A stretch of 64,000 bases of DNA from NCBI GenBank assembly GCA_965205025.1, contig CBDBFU010000020.1, positions 288,001 through 352,000 of the forward strand, in the 5' to 3' direction. The stretch is from Candidatus Poribacteria bacterium. Lineage in GTDB: Bacteria > Poribacteria > WGA-4E > WGA-3G. Shown in pieces: positions 1 through 11,041 of the stretch. Under the pieces are notes generated by a model that was not told where the DNA came from, made no database searches, and saw only the letters and a program-made list of their open reading frames with translations. Position 1 is the stretch's first letter; each line of letters opens with the position of its first letter. The translations under genes and the position numbers were made by a program.

Positions 1-27
1 AAAATGTGTCTTATCAAACTCACGTTA
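1..27 (-). mobile_element. Truncated (window edge) reverse copy of the 146-bp MITE-like element
   Basis: aaaatgtgtcttatcaaactcacgtta is the reverse complement of TAACGTGAGTTTGATAAGACACATTTT, the left end of the copies at 14225 and 18082. Confidence 0.75.
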
Positions 28-282
28 CAATAACTAAAATATGTAGGAAAAATCAATTTCAGGTTACGTAATAACAAGCTCGAATTACAACAAGGAATTC
101 ACTGGAATATGGCATTAACATTGGTGGGTATGTAGAATTTAAAGGAATAATAGTTCATTCATTTACATCTTCCTTCCTAAAATCTTACTCACTAAAAAAG
201 TGAATTTTATTGAAGATAAATTACATATAGAACATCATACAAGATAAAGACTAAAATTAATTAATAGAAGGCGACTAAAAAA

Positions 283-1467
283 TTGAAGAATATTTCTTCC
301 AGGAATAATGTATTTCTCATTCTTGTAATCATTTTACAGTTGATTTTCTTACCAACATATTTTGCTGATGAACACTCAAAAGACGAAAATATCGTCACTG
401 ATATTCCTGCTTATCCAGATACATCAACATATAAAATGCAGATTGGAGACAGTATTGTCGTTACAGTTGAAGGATTTCCCGAATATACTAAAGACCGCGT
501 ACCTATCCCAGTACAACCTGATGGATTTATTTCATATCCTTTGATTGGATTAGTAAAAGCTACTGAATTAACTGTTTCAGAACTTGAACAGAGAATGCAG
601 GAAGTATTTTCAGCAAAACTACCAAGTGCACGGGTTTTTGTAACATTGATGCAGCCGAAACGCACCATTCTTGTATTTGGAGCAGTTGAACGGCGTCCAC
701 GAGGAAATTCTCACATATTTGAGACTGGACAAGTATATCTGATGCATGCTTTAGCTGCTGCAGAAATCAATTATGAATTGGCTGATCTGACAAAAATTTC
801 AATATTACGAAATGGAAAGGTATTTAAGACTGTTAACTTTCTAGAACATATTGAATCAACAGATGGAGATATTCCATTGAAAGATTATGATATTGTGTTT
901 GTGCCTTCGATCTATGAACATAGACGCATACGTGTAATAGGGGCTGTTGTTGTACCGGGGTATTATGCAATACAGAATGAACAGATTCCAGCATCACAAG
1001 GTTTGAAACTTGCAGGTGGTTCCAGATCAGATTTTGCTAATCTAAAGAAAGCTGAAATTATAACTGAATCCGGTAATACACCTGTAGATCTTACTTCAGA
1101 TAATGTTACTGCAATGTTGTCAGCTGGTGATACTTTATATGTTCCATTAGCTGAAGCAAAAATTAGCGTTGTAGGTGCAGTGGATAAACCCGGACAATAT
1201 GTTATAACTGAACCAGTTCTCTTACGTGATGCGGTAGCAATGGCAGGTGGATTAGATGAAGAAAAAGCAAATCCAAAAAAATGTATCCTAACCCGATCTA
1301 ATGGAACACAAGAGGAATTGAACTTCAATATTATCCAATCTGAAGTACTTATAAACCCTAACGACCAACTCCGTATTTTAGAAAGAACACGAATAGATTG
1401 GCGGGTTTTAAGTTTTGCTGCATCGCTAACAAGTTTGATTGTTAATGTTTGGTCAAGATACAGATAG
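283..1467 (+). CDS. Polysaccharide export protein, Wza-like (Poly_export + SLBB domains)
   Basis: N-terminal hydrophobic segment; 'GDSIVVTV...VQPDGFISYPLIG.VKA..LT..EL' Poly_export motif; repeated SLBB 'V.GAV..PG.Y...L.DAVAMAGG'; upstream of a Wzc-like gene. Confidence 0.85.
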   Translation: MKNISSRNNVFLILVIILQLIFLPTYFADEHSKDENIVTDIPAYPDTSTYKMQIGDSIVVTVEGFPEYTKDRVPIPVQPDGFISYPLIGLVKATELTVSELEQRMQEVFSAKLPSARVFVTLMQPKRTILVFGAVERRPRGNSHIFETGQVYLMHALAAAEINYELADLTKISILRNGKVFKTVNFLEHIESTDGDIPLKDYDIVFVPSIYEHRRIRVIGAVVVPGYYAIQNEQIPASQGLKLAGGSRSDFANLKKAEIITESGNTPVDLTSDNVTAMLSAGDTLYVPLAEAKISVVGAVDKPGQYVITEPVLLRDAVAMAGGLDEEKANPKKCILTRSNGTQEELNFNIIQSEVLINPNDQLRILERTRIDWRVLSFAASLTSLIVNVWSRYR

Positions 1468-1541
1468 AAATACCATCATCAGAAATTCCACCACAAATTA
1501 TCTTCCAATAACAATGATATTGAAACAAGTATGAGGAAAAC

Positions 1542-3897
1542 ATGTCCGATTCAGATCGAAAGATTGATGAAATTACCGAAATACGAATATTAGATTATTT
1601 TTGGATGCTCTATAGAAATAAATGGAGTGTAATTGCAATATTCATACTTTGTGTGTTAGCAGCATTCATTATTTCAGATCTAACACCACCAGTTTATCAA
1701 TCTGAAACAACAATTCGCATCCTTGAAAGTCAAACACCATCTTCATTATTATCAGGTCTAACATTGACAGGTATACTTAAGGGACCTACCTTAGGTTCAT
1801 ACTCCATGTTGCTACAATCACGAGACCTTATTATCGCGCCTACAGTAAATGAACTTATAGCCGAAGGATTGATAGAACCGCAGCCAATCTATTATGGCAA
1901 GTGGTTAAAATCGTTAGCAAACTTTGTTAATATCAATATCGATTCATCTGAAACAGAACAGGGAGACCTAACTGATGAAGAGTGGAGAGACTTCTTTGTT
2001 AAGACACTCATTGATGAAAAAATTAAAATTGATGAATCTCAGGATGGAAATGTAATTACTTTTACAGTAAAACAGATGAAGCCAGAATATGCACAACTTC
2101 TATGTAATCGGATTGCTACTACATTGATAAATGTTGTTGAAACTGAGAAATCGGAGAATACGCGTTGGTGGGAAAAACCTCTACCGATAGAGATGTTGAG
2201 TGAAGCAGAAGATAAACTAAAAAAATCGGAGAAAGAACTGTTTGATTTTCAATTAACCAATCCACAATTGACTTTGAATGCGGAAGGTGGCACGCAAGCA
2301 CAAATTATTGTTTCTCTACAAATGAGCGAAAATGAAGTGACAAGTCAACTCATTGGGGCAGAATTACAATATATTGCATATAAAAACGAACTTGAGGATA
2401 TTGAAGAACAACTTATATCAAGTACAATCACCAGAAATCCAACATATTCCAAGCTGAAAGAAGACTTAAATGACTATGAAATTGAAAGAAAATCATTAAT
2501 TGGTAAGTACGGTGACGTTGTTCATCCTGAGATAACATCTTTGGATGAAAAAATCGCTGAAACAGAAAACCGACTTGAAAGTGAAGAAAAAGATCTTACA
2601 AGTACTACCTCTTCATATAACCCTTTACATCAAGTAATTTCACAGAAGATCAGTGAGACAGAAGCAGCCATAACCAGTTTAAAAGAACAAAAAAAAGATA
2701 TATCAGAAAAAATAGCAGCTACAATGAAACAATTTGGTGAATGGTCAACAGAACAGATGGAACTATTCAGAAAAAAACGTGATGTTTTAGAATATAATGC
2801 TCAAGTTGTGGCATTAACCGCTAAGATTCGGGAATCCCAACTAATTGATGAAGCACGAACAGAAAGTCTAAAGGTCTTAGATCAAGGTCGACTCCCAGAA
2901 GAACCAATTAAACCCAATATTAAGTTAAATCTTGTATTGGGGGCTTTTCTTGGTGGTTTATTAGGATTGACATTTGCAGTTGTTAAAAATTACATACAGG
3001 ATACTTATTTACGTTTAGAGGATTCAGTACGCCAACTGGACTCACTCCCAGAACCACCAAGTTTCCTTGGTATTATACCATCCATTAAGAAAAGTAGTAC
3101 ATATCGAATACCTCTTATCAGTCACGATGCACCAAATTCAAGAAGTGCTGAAGCATTTCGTGTAATTATGGCAAAATTACCGTTCTTGAATCCTGGTAAT
3201 GAGTTAAAGACGGTATTAATTACCAGTTCAATGCGTGGAGAAGGAAAAAGCACTGTTTCCTCTAATCTCGCAGCTGCAATCGCGCAAAGCGGAGAAAGAG
3301 TATTGCTTATAGATGCTGATATGCGTAGACCTTCCCAACATACATTTTTTGATATTCAACAACTGTTACAGATTTCATCCAATGATGAAAACACATTATC
3401 AGATGATACCACTTCATCCCAGACTGTAACACATAGTGATGCACGAAAACCGGGGGTTAAGTGAAGCACTCATATCCATTAAAGATGATAATCAGTATGA
3501 TGTATTCAACGCAACTGTAAGAGATACTGGAATTCCTAATTTACACTTAATCCCTGGTGGAACAGTTCCCCCAAATCCGATTGAATTATTGAATTCGGAT
3601 ATGATGACGCAATTTTTAGAAATTGCTAAAACTGAATACGATATAATAATCATAGATTCCCCACCTGTCCGTGCAGTTGCTGATCCAATAATTTTAGCTA
3701 CAGTAACTGATGCTGTAGTGTATCTATTTGATATCACCAAGACTAAAAAGTTTGATGTATTGACAGGGATTAAACATCTTAAGGAAGTTCTTCCTGGTAA
3801 AGGTATTGGTGTGCTTTGCAATATGATAAATCCAAAGCATGCAAAATCGTATGGATATTATAATAAACACTCTGGATACTATGAACTCTCTGAGTAG
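1542..3897 (+). pseudogene. wzc: Wzc-like polysaccharide co-polymerase/tyrosine autokinase, split by a frameshift into ORFs 1542..3464 and 3436..3897 (real or sequencing error)
   Basis: Wzz N-term TM, coiled coil, 'P..PIKPN..LNL' second TM, Walker A GEGKST and LLIDADMRRP in ORF1; GLSEAL, PPNPIELL, IIIDSPP and Tyr-rich tail in ORF2; removing one G from ggggg (3452-3456) restores KPGLSEAL. Confidence 0.85.
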
Positions 3898-3959
3898 AAT
3901 TTGGTGTTTTATCTTTACTGTGCTAATATACGAGAAAAGTTTAAAGGAGACATATAATA

Positions 3960-4829
3960 ATGTTTAAAGTCGGTGTAATCGGAGATGAAGTATCACAAGA
4001 CTTTGAAACCGTAGTGAATTTTGTAAAAGATTTCAATTTGGATTCAATAGAAATTCGATCTGTATGGGATAAACCACCACATCAACTTACAAATGCAGAT
4101 ATTGATAAGATGAAGGGGTTATTAGATGGAACAGATATTGAGATCATTGGTATTGCATCCCCTTTCTTCAAATGTGATATGGATAATGCAGAAGAGAGAA
4201 AAGAACATCTTGATATTCTCACTGGATGTATCCGTACTGCCAAAGCCTTTGATACAAATCTAATCAGGACATTTGTATTTTGGGATACTGGCAAGACAGA
4301 GGAACGTTGGGATGAAGTAATCTCGGCTTACGATGAACCTTTAAGGATAATTGATGGTGAAGGTATAATCTTAGGCATGGAGAACGAATCAACTACATCC
4401 CTTAGTACTGCTAAACTTACTGCCAAGTTTATTGAAGAAATTGATTCCCCGAATATACGCGGTATTTGGGATCCTGCAAATGAGGCACACGCAACTGACG
4501 GTGAGACTCCCTACCCTGATGCTTACAACCGTATGAAACCGACTATGATACATGCACATTTAAAGGATGCAGGACCAAATCCTGAATCTGGTGAGATTGA
4601 ATCAGTCCCAGTGGGAGATGGTGTTATTGACTGGCAAGGACAATTACAAGCATTTGTTGATGAGGGTTATGAAGGACATCTCTGTTTAGAAACGCACTGG
4701 AGACCTACATTAAAAATTGAAGAAGATCTACTCAATAGACCTGGAGGAAAAGCCTTCTCAGAAGCTGGTGAAGAAGCTTCACGTATCTGTATTGAGAAAC
4801 TTCAAGAGATGATAAATAATTTGACTTAG
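3960..4829 (+). CDS. Sugar phosphate isomerase/epimerase (xylose isomerase-like TIM barrel)
   Basis: Metal-binding pattern 'GMENE', 'WDPAN', 'HAHLKD', 'CLETH'. Confidence 0.85.
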   Translation: MFKVGVIGDEVSQDFETVVNFVKDFNLDSIEIRSVWDKPPHQLTNADIDKMKGLLDGTDIEIIGIASPFFKCDMDNAEERKEHLDILTGCIRTAKAFDTNLIRTFVFWDTGKTEERWDEVISAYDEPLRIIDGEGIILGMENESTTSLSTAKLTAKFIEEIDSPNIRGIWDPANEAHATDGETPYPDAYNRMKPTMIHAHLKDAGPNPESGEIESVPVGDGVIDWQGQLQAFVDEGYEGHLCLETHWRPTLKIEEDLLNRPGGKAFSEAGEEASRICIEKLQEMINNLT

Positions 4830-4904
4830 TAATCTTCCTCAATATGAAATTGAGAGATAGATAAAGTGATTTCATGTAGTAAATGAAAGGTATCACCCAC
4901 AGAG

Positions 4905-5990
4905 ATGAAAATCAATGCAGTTCGAACAGCCCTTTATGATATTCCACCCCAAGTAGAACGTACGGATGCTATACAGGCATTTGTCTCTATGGAATTTCCA
5001 TATATTGAGATTGAAGATGAAGATGGTGTTGTTGGCACCGGTTTTTCCTACACCATAGGTAAAGGTGGTGAAGCAATTCGACAGATTATAGATGCTTATC
5101 TCACACCTATCCTTCTTGAAGAGGATGCATCTAATATAGACCGTATTTGGAATCGGATGTGGATGGAGACACACTGGGTTGGAAGAGGTGGAATAGTTGG
5201 CTTAGGTATCGCTGCTGTTGATATTGCTTTATGGGATTTGATGGCAAAACGTGCTAATCTACCATTATTTCGATTACTTGGTGGAGCAAGATCTGAAGTA
5301 CCAGTTTACAATACCGATGGGGGTTGGTTACATCTCACTGAAGATGAACTGGTTAAACAATCAGTCGAATATATCGAACAGGGATATAAAGGTATCAAGA
5401 TCAAAGTAGGTCGGGATAGTTTACATGAAGATGTTGCCAGAATTTTTGCTGTCAGAAAAGCGATAGGACAAGATCCATATTTGATGATTGACGCAAATAT
5501 GAAATGGAATGCCCGCGAAGCAATTCAACTTGCATGTCGTGTTGAGGAAGCAGACTTATTCTGGTTTGAAGAACCAATAGAAGCAGATGATGTAAAAAGT
5601 CATGTTGAATTAAAGCAAAAAACCACAATTCCAATTGCAATCGGTGAAACCATCTACAATAAGATTGTATTTAAGGAATACATCTCTCAAGAAGCAGCAG
5701 ACATACTTCAACCGGATGCAGTACGCGTGGGTGGTATATCAGAATGGATGAAAGTTGCACATACTGCAGAATGCTTCGGTTTATCTGTCTCTCCGCACTT
5801 TTTAATGGATTTACATGTTCATCTCTCTGCTGCCGTACCACATTCACTTTTCGTTGAATACATTCCATCTCTCGACCTTGTCCTAAGTGATACACTCACT
5901 CTGAAAGATGGACATTTTTCACCACCTGATCGTCCTGGACACGGGATAATGTTTGATAATGAGAAATTAAAACAGTACCAAATATCATAG
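4905..5990 (+). CDS. Mandelate racemase/muconate lactonizing enzyme family (sugar-acid dehydratase-like)
   Basis: 'AAVDIALWDL.AK...PL..LLGG', KxK 'KIKVG', 'MIDAN', 'WFEEP', 'AIGE', 'LQPD...VGG'. Confidence 0.9.
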   Translation: MKINAVRTALYDIPPQVERTDAIQAFVSMEFPYIEIEDEDGVVGTGFSYTIGKGGEAIRQIIDAYLTPILLEEDASNIDRIWNRMWMETHWVGRGGIVGLGIAAVDIALWDLMAKRANLPLFRLLGGARSEVPVYNTDGGWLHLTEDELVKQSVEYIEQGYKGIKIKVGRDSLHEDVARIFAVRKAIGQDPYLMIDANMKWNAREAIQLACRVEEADLFWFEEPIEADDVKSHVELKQKTTIPIAIGETIYNKIVFKEYISQEAADILQPDAVRVGGISEWMKVAHTAECFGLSVSPHFLMDLHVHLSAAVPHSLFVEYIPSLDLVLSDTLTLKDGHFSPPDRPGHGIMFDNEKLKQYQIS

Positions 5991-6040
5991 GAGATTGTCA
6001 TTACATTACACGTCTACTAATATAAACTTGAAGAAATGCT

Positions 6041-6751
6041 GTGAAACTTGAAAACCGTATAGCGATAATCACAGGCGGTGGACGCGGTATTGGTCGTGCA
6101 ACCGCCTTATCATTTGCAAATGAGGGTGCTGATATTGTTCTTGCTGCTCGTAGTGAAACAGAAATACACAATGTTGCAAAAGAGATTAAAAACCTTGGTA
6201 GAAATGCACTACCAATAGTGACTGATGTTCAATTAAAATCTAATGTTGAATCAATGGTTAATCAAGCAATTACGACATTTGGTAAGGTTGATATACTTGT
6301 AAACAACGCAGGTGTAGCAATCCACAATCCTATCCCAAACATTCGTGAAGAGGATTGGGATTTAACTATGGCTGTTAACCTTAAAGGTGTTTTTCTCTGT
6401 ACACAAGCAGTGTTCAGTCAGATGTGCCAACAAGAATATGGACATATTGTTAATATATCCTCTGTCTCTGGTAAATATGGACATGTGAATGGTGGTGCCT
6501 ATTGTGCGTCAAAATTTGCTGTGATTGGATTTACTGAGACAACCAACAATGAAGGAAGACAGTATGGGGTAAAAGCTTCCGTAGTTTGCCCGGGCCCAGT
6601 GGATACTAAGATGCGTCGTGACAACCATCCAGATGATGTGATTGAGCATTTAACACAACCAGAAGATGTAGCTGATCTCATTCTATTTCATGTCACGCAA
6701 TCCCCTCGGGCACACACACTTGAGAGCGTCATCAGAACACCGTTGATGTAG
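6041..6751 (+). CDS. Short-chain dehydrogenase/reductase
   Basis: TGGGRGIG, NNAG, YCASK motifs. Confidence 0.93.
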   Translation: MKLENRIAIITGGGRGIGRATALSFANEGADIVLAARSETEIHNVAKEIKNLGRNALPIVTDVQLKSNVESMVNQAITTFGKVDILVNNAGVAIHNPIPNIREEDWDLTMAVNLKGVFLCTQAVFSQMCQQEYGHIVNISSVSGKYGHVNGGAYCASKFAVIGFTETTNNEGRQYGVKASVVCPGPVDTKMRRDNHPDDVIEHLTQPEDVADLILFHVTQSPRAHTLESVIRTPLM

Positions 6752-6807
6752 TGGAATATATTTGGAATGTGATAATAGGTAAGTTATCTCATCTTCATTA
6801 AATCAAT

Positions 6808-7584
6808 ATGTTTGTTGATTCACACACCCATATCCAACTCTCCCAGTTTAATCAAGACCGTGAATTAGTGCTTGAGCGTGCCAGAGCAGCTGAAGTGAAT
6901 ACCATTCTAATCATTGGATTTGACTTTGACACTTCTCTTGGTTCTATTGAACTTGCGGAAAAGCATGACAATCTGTATGCCACAGTAGGTATGCATCCCC
7001 ACGATGCAAATAAGTTAACCCCTGAGATATTAGATTCATTCCGTAGTAAATTAGAACACCCAAAGGTAATTGCTGTTGGTGAAATAGGTTTAGATTACTA
7101 TAGGAATCTCTCCCTCCCTGAAATACAAAAAGATGCATTTGAAAAGCAATTAGATCTTGCAGAAGAGTTGGATATGCCAATTATTATCCATAATCGTGAT
7201 GCTTATATGGACATTCTTCCCATCTTGGAAGGACGGAATGGTAAGATTTCAGGTGTATTACACTGTTTTACTGGTGATGTGGAATTGATGCATAGAAGCC
7301 TTGAGATAGGTTTTTATATTGGGATTGGTGGAATCGTAACCTATCCAAATGCAAAGGACTTACAAAAAGTCGCAAAGGAAATACCGCTTGAACGTTTGTT
7401 AATAGAAACTGATTGTCCATGGTTATCACCACAATTCAAACGTGGGAAACGAAATGAACCCTCTTATGTGCGTGCTGTTGCGGAAAAAATCGCAGAAATA
7501 CGAGACACGACTGTTGATTCAATAGGTCATATCACTACACAGAATTTCAATACACTGTTTGGGATTGATACTAAAAGGAATTAA
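6808..7584 (+). CDS. tatD: TatD family hydrolase
   Basis: DSHTH, GMHPH, GEIGLDY, IHNRDA, LHCFTG, ETDCP, RNEP. Confidence 0.95.
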   Translation: MFVDSHTHIQLSQFNQDRELVLERARAAEVNTILIIGFDFDTSLGSIELAEKHDNLYATVGMHPHDANKLTPEILDSFRSKLEHPKVIAVGEIGLDYYRNLSLPEIQKDAFEKQLDLAEELDMPIIIHNRDAYMDILPILEGRNGKISGVLHCFTGDVELMHRSLEIGFYIGIGGIVTYPNAKDLQKVAKEIPLERLLIETDCPWLSPQFKRGKRNEPSYVRAVAEKIAEIRDTTVDSIGHITTQNFNTLFGIDTKRN

Positions 7585-7592
7585 CTCACTAT

Positions 7593-8702
7593 ATGAAGCA
7601 GCTAAATCTTCGCATGTATGGTATGGTAATAGCACTAGCATGTATATGGATTATATTCACGCTGCTGACAAATGGACTGTTCCTGAATACACGCAATCTC
7701 TCTAACCTTTCAAGGCAAGGGGCAGTGACAGCAATTCTTGCATTAGGTATGGTTTTGGTGATAATTTCTGCCAATATTGACCTATCGGTTGGTTTTGGGG
7801 CAGGTTTATTAGGGGCAATTACTGCAATTCTCAATATTTGGTGGGGAATACCCGTTTTCTGGACACTACTGATTGTAATATTTATTGGTATATGTATAGG
7901 AGGGATTCATGGTTTCCTTGTGGCATATCAACGGGTACCAGCATTTATTGTAACACTTGGTGGATTCTTGGTCTACCGAGGTATGATGTTAGGATTCACG
8001 AGAGGAGAGACAATACTTCTACAGGATAATTGGTTAAAGGCAATCGGTACAGCCCATTTGTCTAATACATTTGGCTGGGTTATAATGGGTGTTGGTATAT
8101 GTATTAGTAGCTATATCTTTTTCCGACAGATATCATCTATTCAATCAGAATACACTTGTAGTGCTTTTATATCTATTATTTTCAGATTTATATTTACACT
8201 TGTTGGTGTCATAGCTTTTGTTTATGTAATGAATTCATATAAAGGGATTCCAATTCCAGCATGTATTCTAATTGGATTAGCCTTCTTAATCCACTTTATA
8301 GCTAATCATACACGATTTGGGAGATATGTGTATGCTGTTGGAGGTAATTCTGAAGCTGCATATCTATCTGGAATCAATGTTCGAAATGTAACCTTACGCG
8401 TTTTTGTAATTATGGGAGTATTGATGGCAATTGCAGGAATAGTTATGACAGCACGTCTCGGTAGTGCAGGACCTGAGGCAGGACGCTTACTCGAATTAGA
8501 TGCAATTGCAGCATGTGTCATAGGTGGTGCGAGTTTAATGGGTGGTCGAGGGACAATCTTTGGAGCAATTTTAGGTGCATTTGTAATGGCAAGTCTAAGC
8601 AATGGTATGAGTATGGCAAATTTTGATAATGCATGGCAAGATATTGTTAAAGGTGTAGTACTTGTAACTGCAGTAGGATTTGATATGATTTCAAAAAAAT
8701 AG
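7593..8702 (+). CDS. Sugar ABC transporter permease (XylH/GguB-like)
   Basis: IDLSVG, VPAFIVTLGG, GRYVYAVGGN.EAA.LSGI, ELDAIAACVIGG.SL.GG.G. Confidence 0.9.
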   Translation: MKQLNLRMYGMVIALACIWIIFTLLTNGLFLNTRNLSNLSRQGAVTAILALGMVLVIISANIDLSVGFGAGLLGAITAILNIWWGIPVFWTLLIVIFIGICIGGIHGFLVAYQRVPAFIVTLGGFLVYRGMMLGFTRGETILLQDNWLKAIGTAHLSNTFGWVIMGVGICISSYIFFRQISSIQSEYTCSAFISIIFRFIFTLVGVIAFVYVMNSYKGIPIPACILIGLAFLIHFIANHTRFGRYVYAVGGNSEAAYLSGINVRNVTLRVFVIMGVLMAIAGIVMTARLGSAGPEAGRLLELDAIAACVIGGASLMGGRGTIFGAILGAFVMASLSNGMSMANFDNAWQDIVKGVVLVTAVGFDMISKK

Positions 8703-8711
8703 AGGAATTAC

Positions 8712-10070
8712 ATGAAAGTTACAATCATAGGAACAGGATATGTTGGACTGACGACAGCAGTGGTATTATCTTATCTAAACCACGATGTTTCTGCAGTTGA
8801 CAAAGACAGAAATAAACTTAATCTACTGCAGGAGGGTAAAAGTCCAATTCATGAACCAGGTATACAAGATCTACTTAACGAAGTTGGTAGTTCCATCCGT
8901 TTTACCCCTGACATTTCTGAAGTAGTTCCTGATTCAGAACTCATCATGATTGCCGTGGGAACACCACCTAAAAAGAGTGGAGAAGCGGATACAAGTCATG
9001 TTGAAGCAGCAGCTAAAGAAGTTGCTGAAGTATGCTGTCCAGATAAACATTATACACTTGTAATAAAATCGACTGTACCAATTGGTACCAATCGTCGTGT
9101 TTCTGTAGTCCTCGAACAGGTATTTTCACAGAGGAAAGTACAAGGGAACATATCTGTAGCATCCAATCCAGAATTCTTGCAAGAGGGTTTGGCTTTACAG
9201 GGAGCATTGTATCCAGACCGAATTGTCGTGGGTGGGAATAATGATACTGCATACAGTGATTTACGTCGTTTATATAAACCTATATTAGAACAGACCTTTG
9301 ATCCACCTACGATACTTCCTCGTCCAGAATCTTACCATCTTCCCCCAATGATGACAACTGATCCAAACAGTGCTGAGATGATTAAATATGCAGCGAATAC
9401 TTTTTTAGCATTAAAAATTAGTTTTATTAATGAAATTGCTGGTTTATGTGAGGATGTTAGTGCGGATGTAACAGAGGTGGCACGTGGAATTGGATTGGAT
9501 TCTCGTATTGGACATAGGTTTTTGCGTGCTGGTTTGGGTTGGGGAGGTAGTTGTTATCCCAAAGACACAGCAGCTTTATTGGGTGTTGCAGCCCAAACAG
9601 GATATGAAATGCCTATCACTGAAGCCGCCCGTATAGTGAATTTTGAACAACGAGTTCGTATTGTTGAGAAATTGCGAGATGTTTTGAAAACGTTAAACGG
9701 GAAGACAATAGGTATTCTTGGACTTTCCTTTAAACCGAATACAGATGATGTCCGTGAGGCCCCTTCTCTTGATATTATTAGACAACTAATATCTGAAGGA
9801 GCAAATGTACGTGCCCACGACCCAATTGCGATAGCTAATGCACAGAATATACTAAATGACATACAAGTTGATTTTATTGATGATGTCTACCAACTTCCAA
9901 TAAATACTGATGCAATTGTACTTGTAACAGAATGGGACATATACCATAAATTGGATCTTCGTAGATTGGCAAAACAGATGGTATCACCGATTCTAATAGA
10001 TGGTCGTAATGTCTTTTCACCACCAGAAGCATTGAATGCGGGTTTTCATTACATAGGTGTAGGTAGATAA
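8712..10070 (+). CDS. ugd: UDP-glucose/GDP-mannose dehydrogenase
   Basis: IGTGYVGL, AVGTP, KSTVP, SNPEFL, K.AAN.FLA.KISFINE, GWGGSCYPKD, FKPNTDD.RE. Confidence 0.93.
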   Translation: MKVTIIGTGYVGLTTAVVLSYLNHDVSAVDKDRNKLNLLQEGKSPIHEPGIQDLLNEVGSSIRFTPDISEVVPDSELIMIAVGTPPKKSGEADTSHVEAAAKEVAEVCCPDKHYTLVIKSTVPIGTNRRVSVVLEQVFSQRKVQGNISVASNPEFLQEGLALQGALYPDRIVVGGNNDTAYSDLRRLYKPILEQTFDPPTILPRPESYHLPPMMTTDPNSAEMIKYAANTFLALKISFINEIAGLCEDVSADVTEVARGIGLDSRIGHRFLRAGLGWGGSCYPKDTAALLGVAAQTGYEMPITEAARIVNFEQRVRIVEKLRDVLKTLNGKTIGILGLSFKPNTDDVREAPSLDIIRQLISEGANVRAHDPIAIANAQNILNDIQVDFIDDVYQLPINTDAIVLVTEWDIYHKLDLRRLAKQMVSPILIDGRNVFSPPEALNAGFHYIGVGR

Positions 10071-10085
10071 TCAGACTGATGAACT

Positions 10086-10655
10086 ATGGATAATTTTCCA
10101 CAACCAAATCCTTTTGATAGCAACTGTAATCGCTATTGTCCAGATGTGCCATTTCCATCGTATCGACACATCCCAGGTGTTACACCTCATCCGCTACGTG
10201 ATCCACTTGGACATAGTTACGGTTTAGAAGATGAGATAGAGGATGCTCAGTTATTACCAGAGATGTGGAGACAAAACAATACTTATTTATATGGTGTTGA
10301 TCTTTTCAATTTTGCATATTGGTGGGAAGCACATGAAGCATGGGAAGGATTATGGCATCCAGCAGAGGATACCTATCGTCTTTTCTTACAAGGATTAATA
10401 CAAGTATCAGCATCATTAATTAAATATCATATGCGTATGCTACGTCCGTTACGAACACTATCTACTGCTGGACGCGATAAATTGAAACAAGTGATTGTTG
10501 AATGTGGTGAAGATGAAGACTTCTATATGGGGATTGACCTAAGTGGTTTCATGGATATATTAGATGCATTTTTCTCACCATTTTTCTCAGAATTTGTTTA
10601 TGAGGATACATATCAGCAGCCACAAGCAAAACCCCTAATTTACCTTCAGATATAG
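10086..10655 (+). CDS. DUF309 family protein
   Basis: 'GVDLFN..YWWEAHEAWE.LW....FLQGLIQ'. Confidence 0.85.
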   Translation: MDNFPQPNPFDSNCNRYCPDVPFPSYRHIPGVTPHPLRDPLGHSYGLEDEIEDAQLLPEMWRQNNTYLYGVDLFNFAYWWEAHEAWEGLWHPAEDTYRLFLQGLIQVSASLIKYHMRMLRPLRTLSTAGRDKLKQVIVECGEDEDFYMGIDLSGFMDILDAFFSPFFSEFVYEDTYQQPQAKPLIYLQI

Positions 10656-10705
10656 TTACCACAATTATACTCGGCAAGAGAGTAATCGTATCAGAGGATA
10701 GTCAG

Positions 10706-10987
10706 ATGGTGTCATTATTGTTTTTTAGTCTTATCTGCCTTGCTATTGTTGGATTACTCTTCATTCTATTTAAGATATTTTCATATTATGGAAAAAGCGA
10801 TTGGGATGAATTCCGTTCTATTCGTTGTCCACAGTGTAATACGCAGAAGAAACCGCAGAAAACAGGCGTTGTCCAGAATCTTGTAGAATTGGAAATGCAA
10901 TGTCCTATCTGTGGATTTTTATCATGGGATATACCACCAAAGACAAATCTCTCAAAACGAAAATCAGATTATGATCAAACAATTTAA
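10706..10987 (+). CDS. Small membrane-anchored Zn-ribbon protein (hypothetical)
   Basis: N-terminal TM helix, CPQC...CPICG pairs; GAGGA RBS upstream. Confidence 0.65.
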   Translation: MVSLLFFSLICLAIVGLLFILFKIFSYYGKSDWDEFRSIRCPQCNTQKKPQKTGVVQNLVELEMQCPICGFLSWDIPPKTNLSKRKSDYDQTI

Positions 10988-11041
10988 AACTATTTAATTT
11001 CCGAAGAGATTACAATCTTCTTATCTAACGGAATTTGTTCT

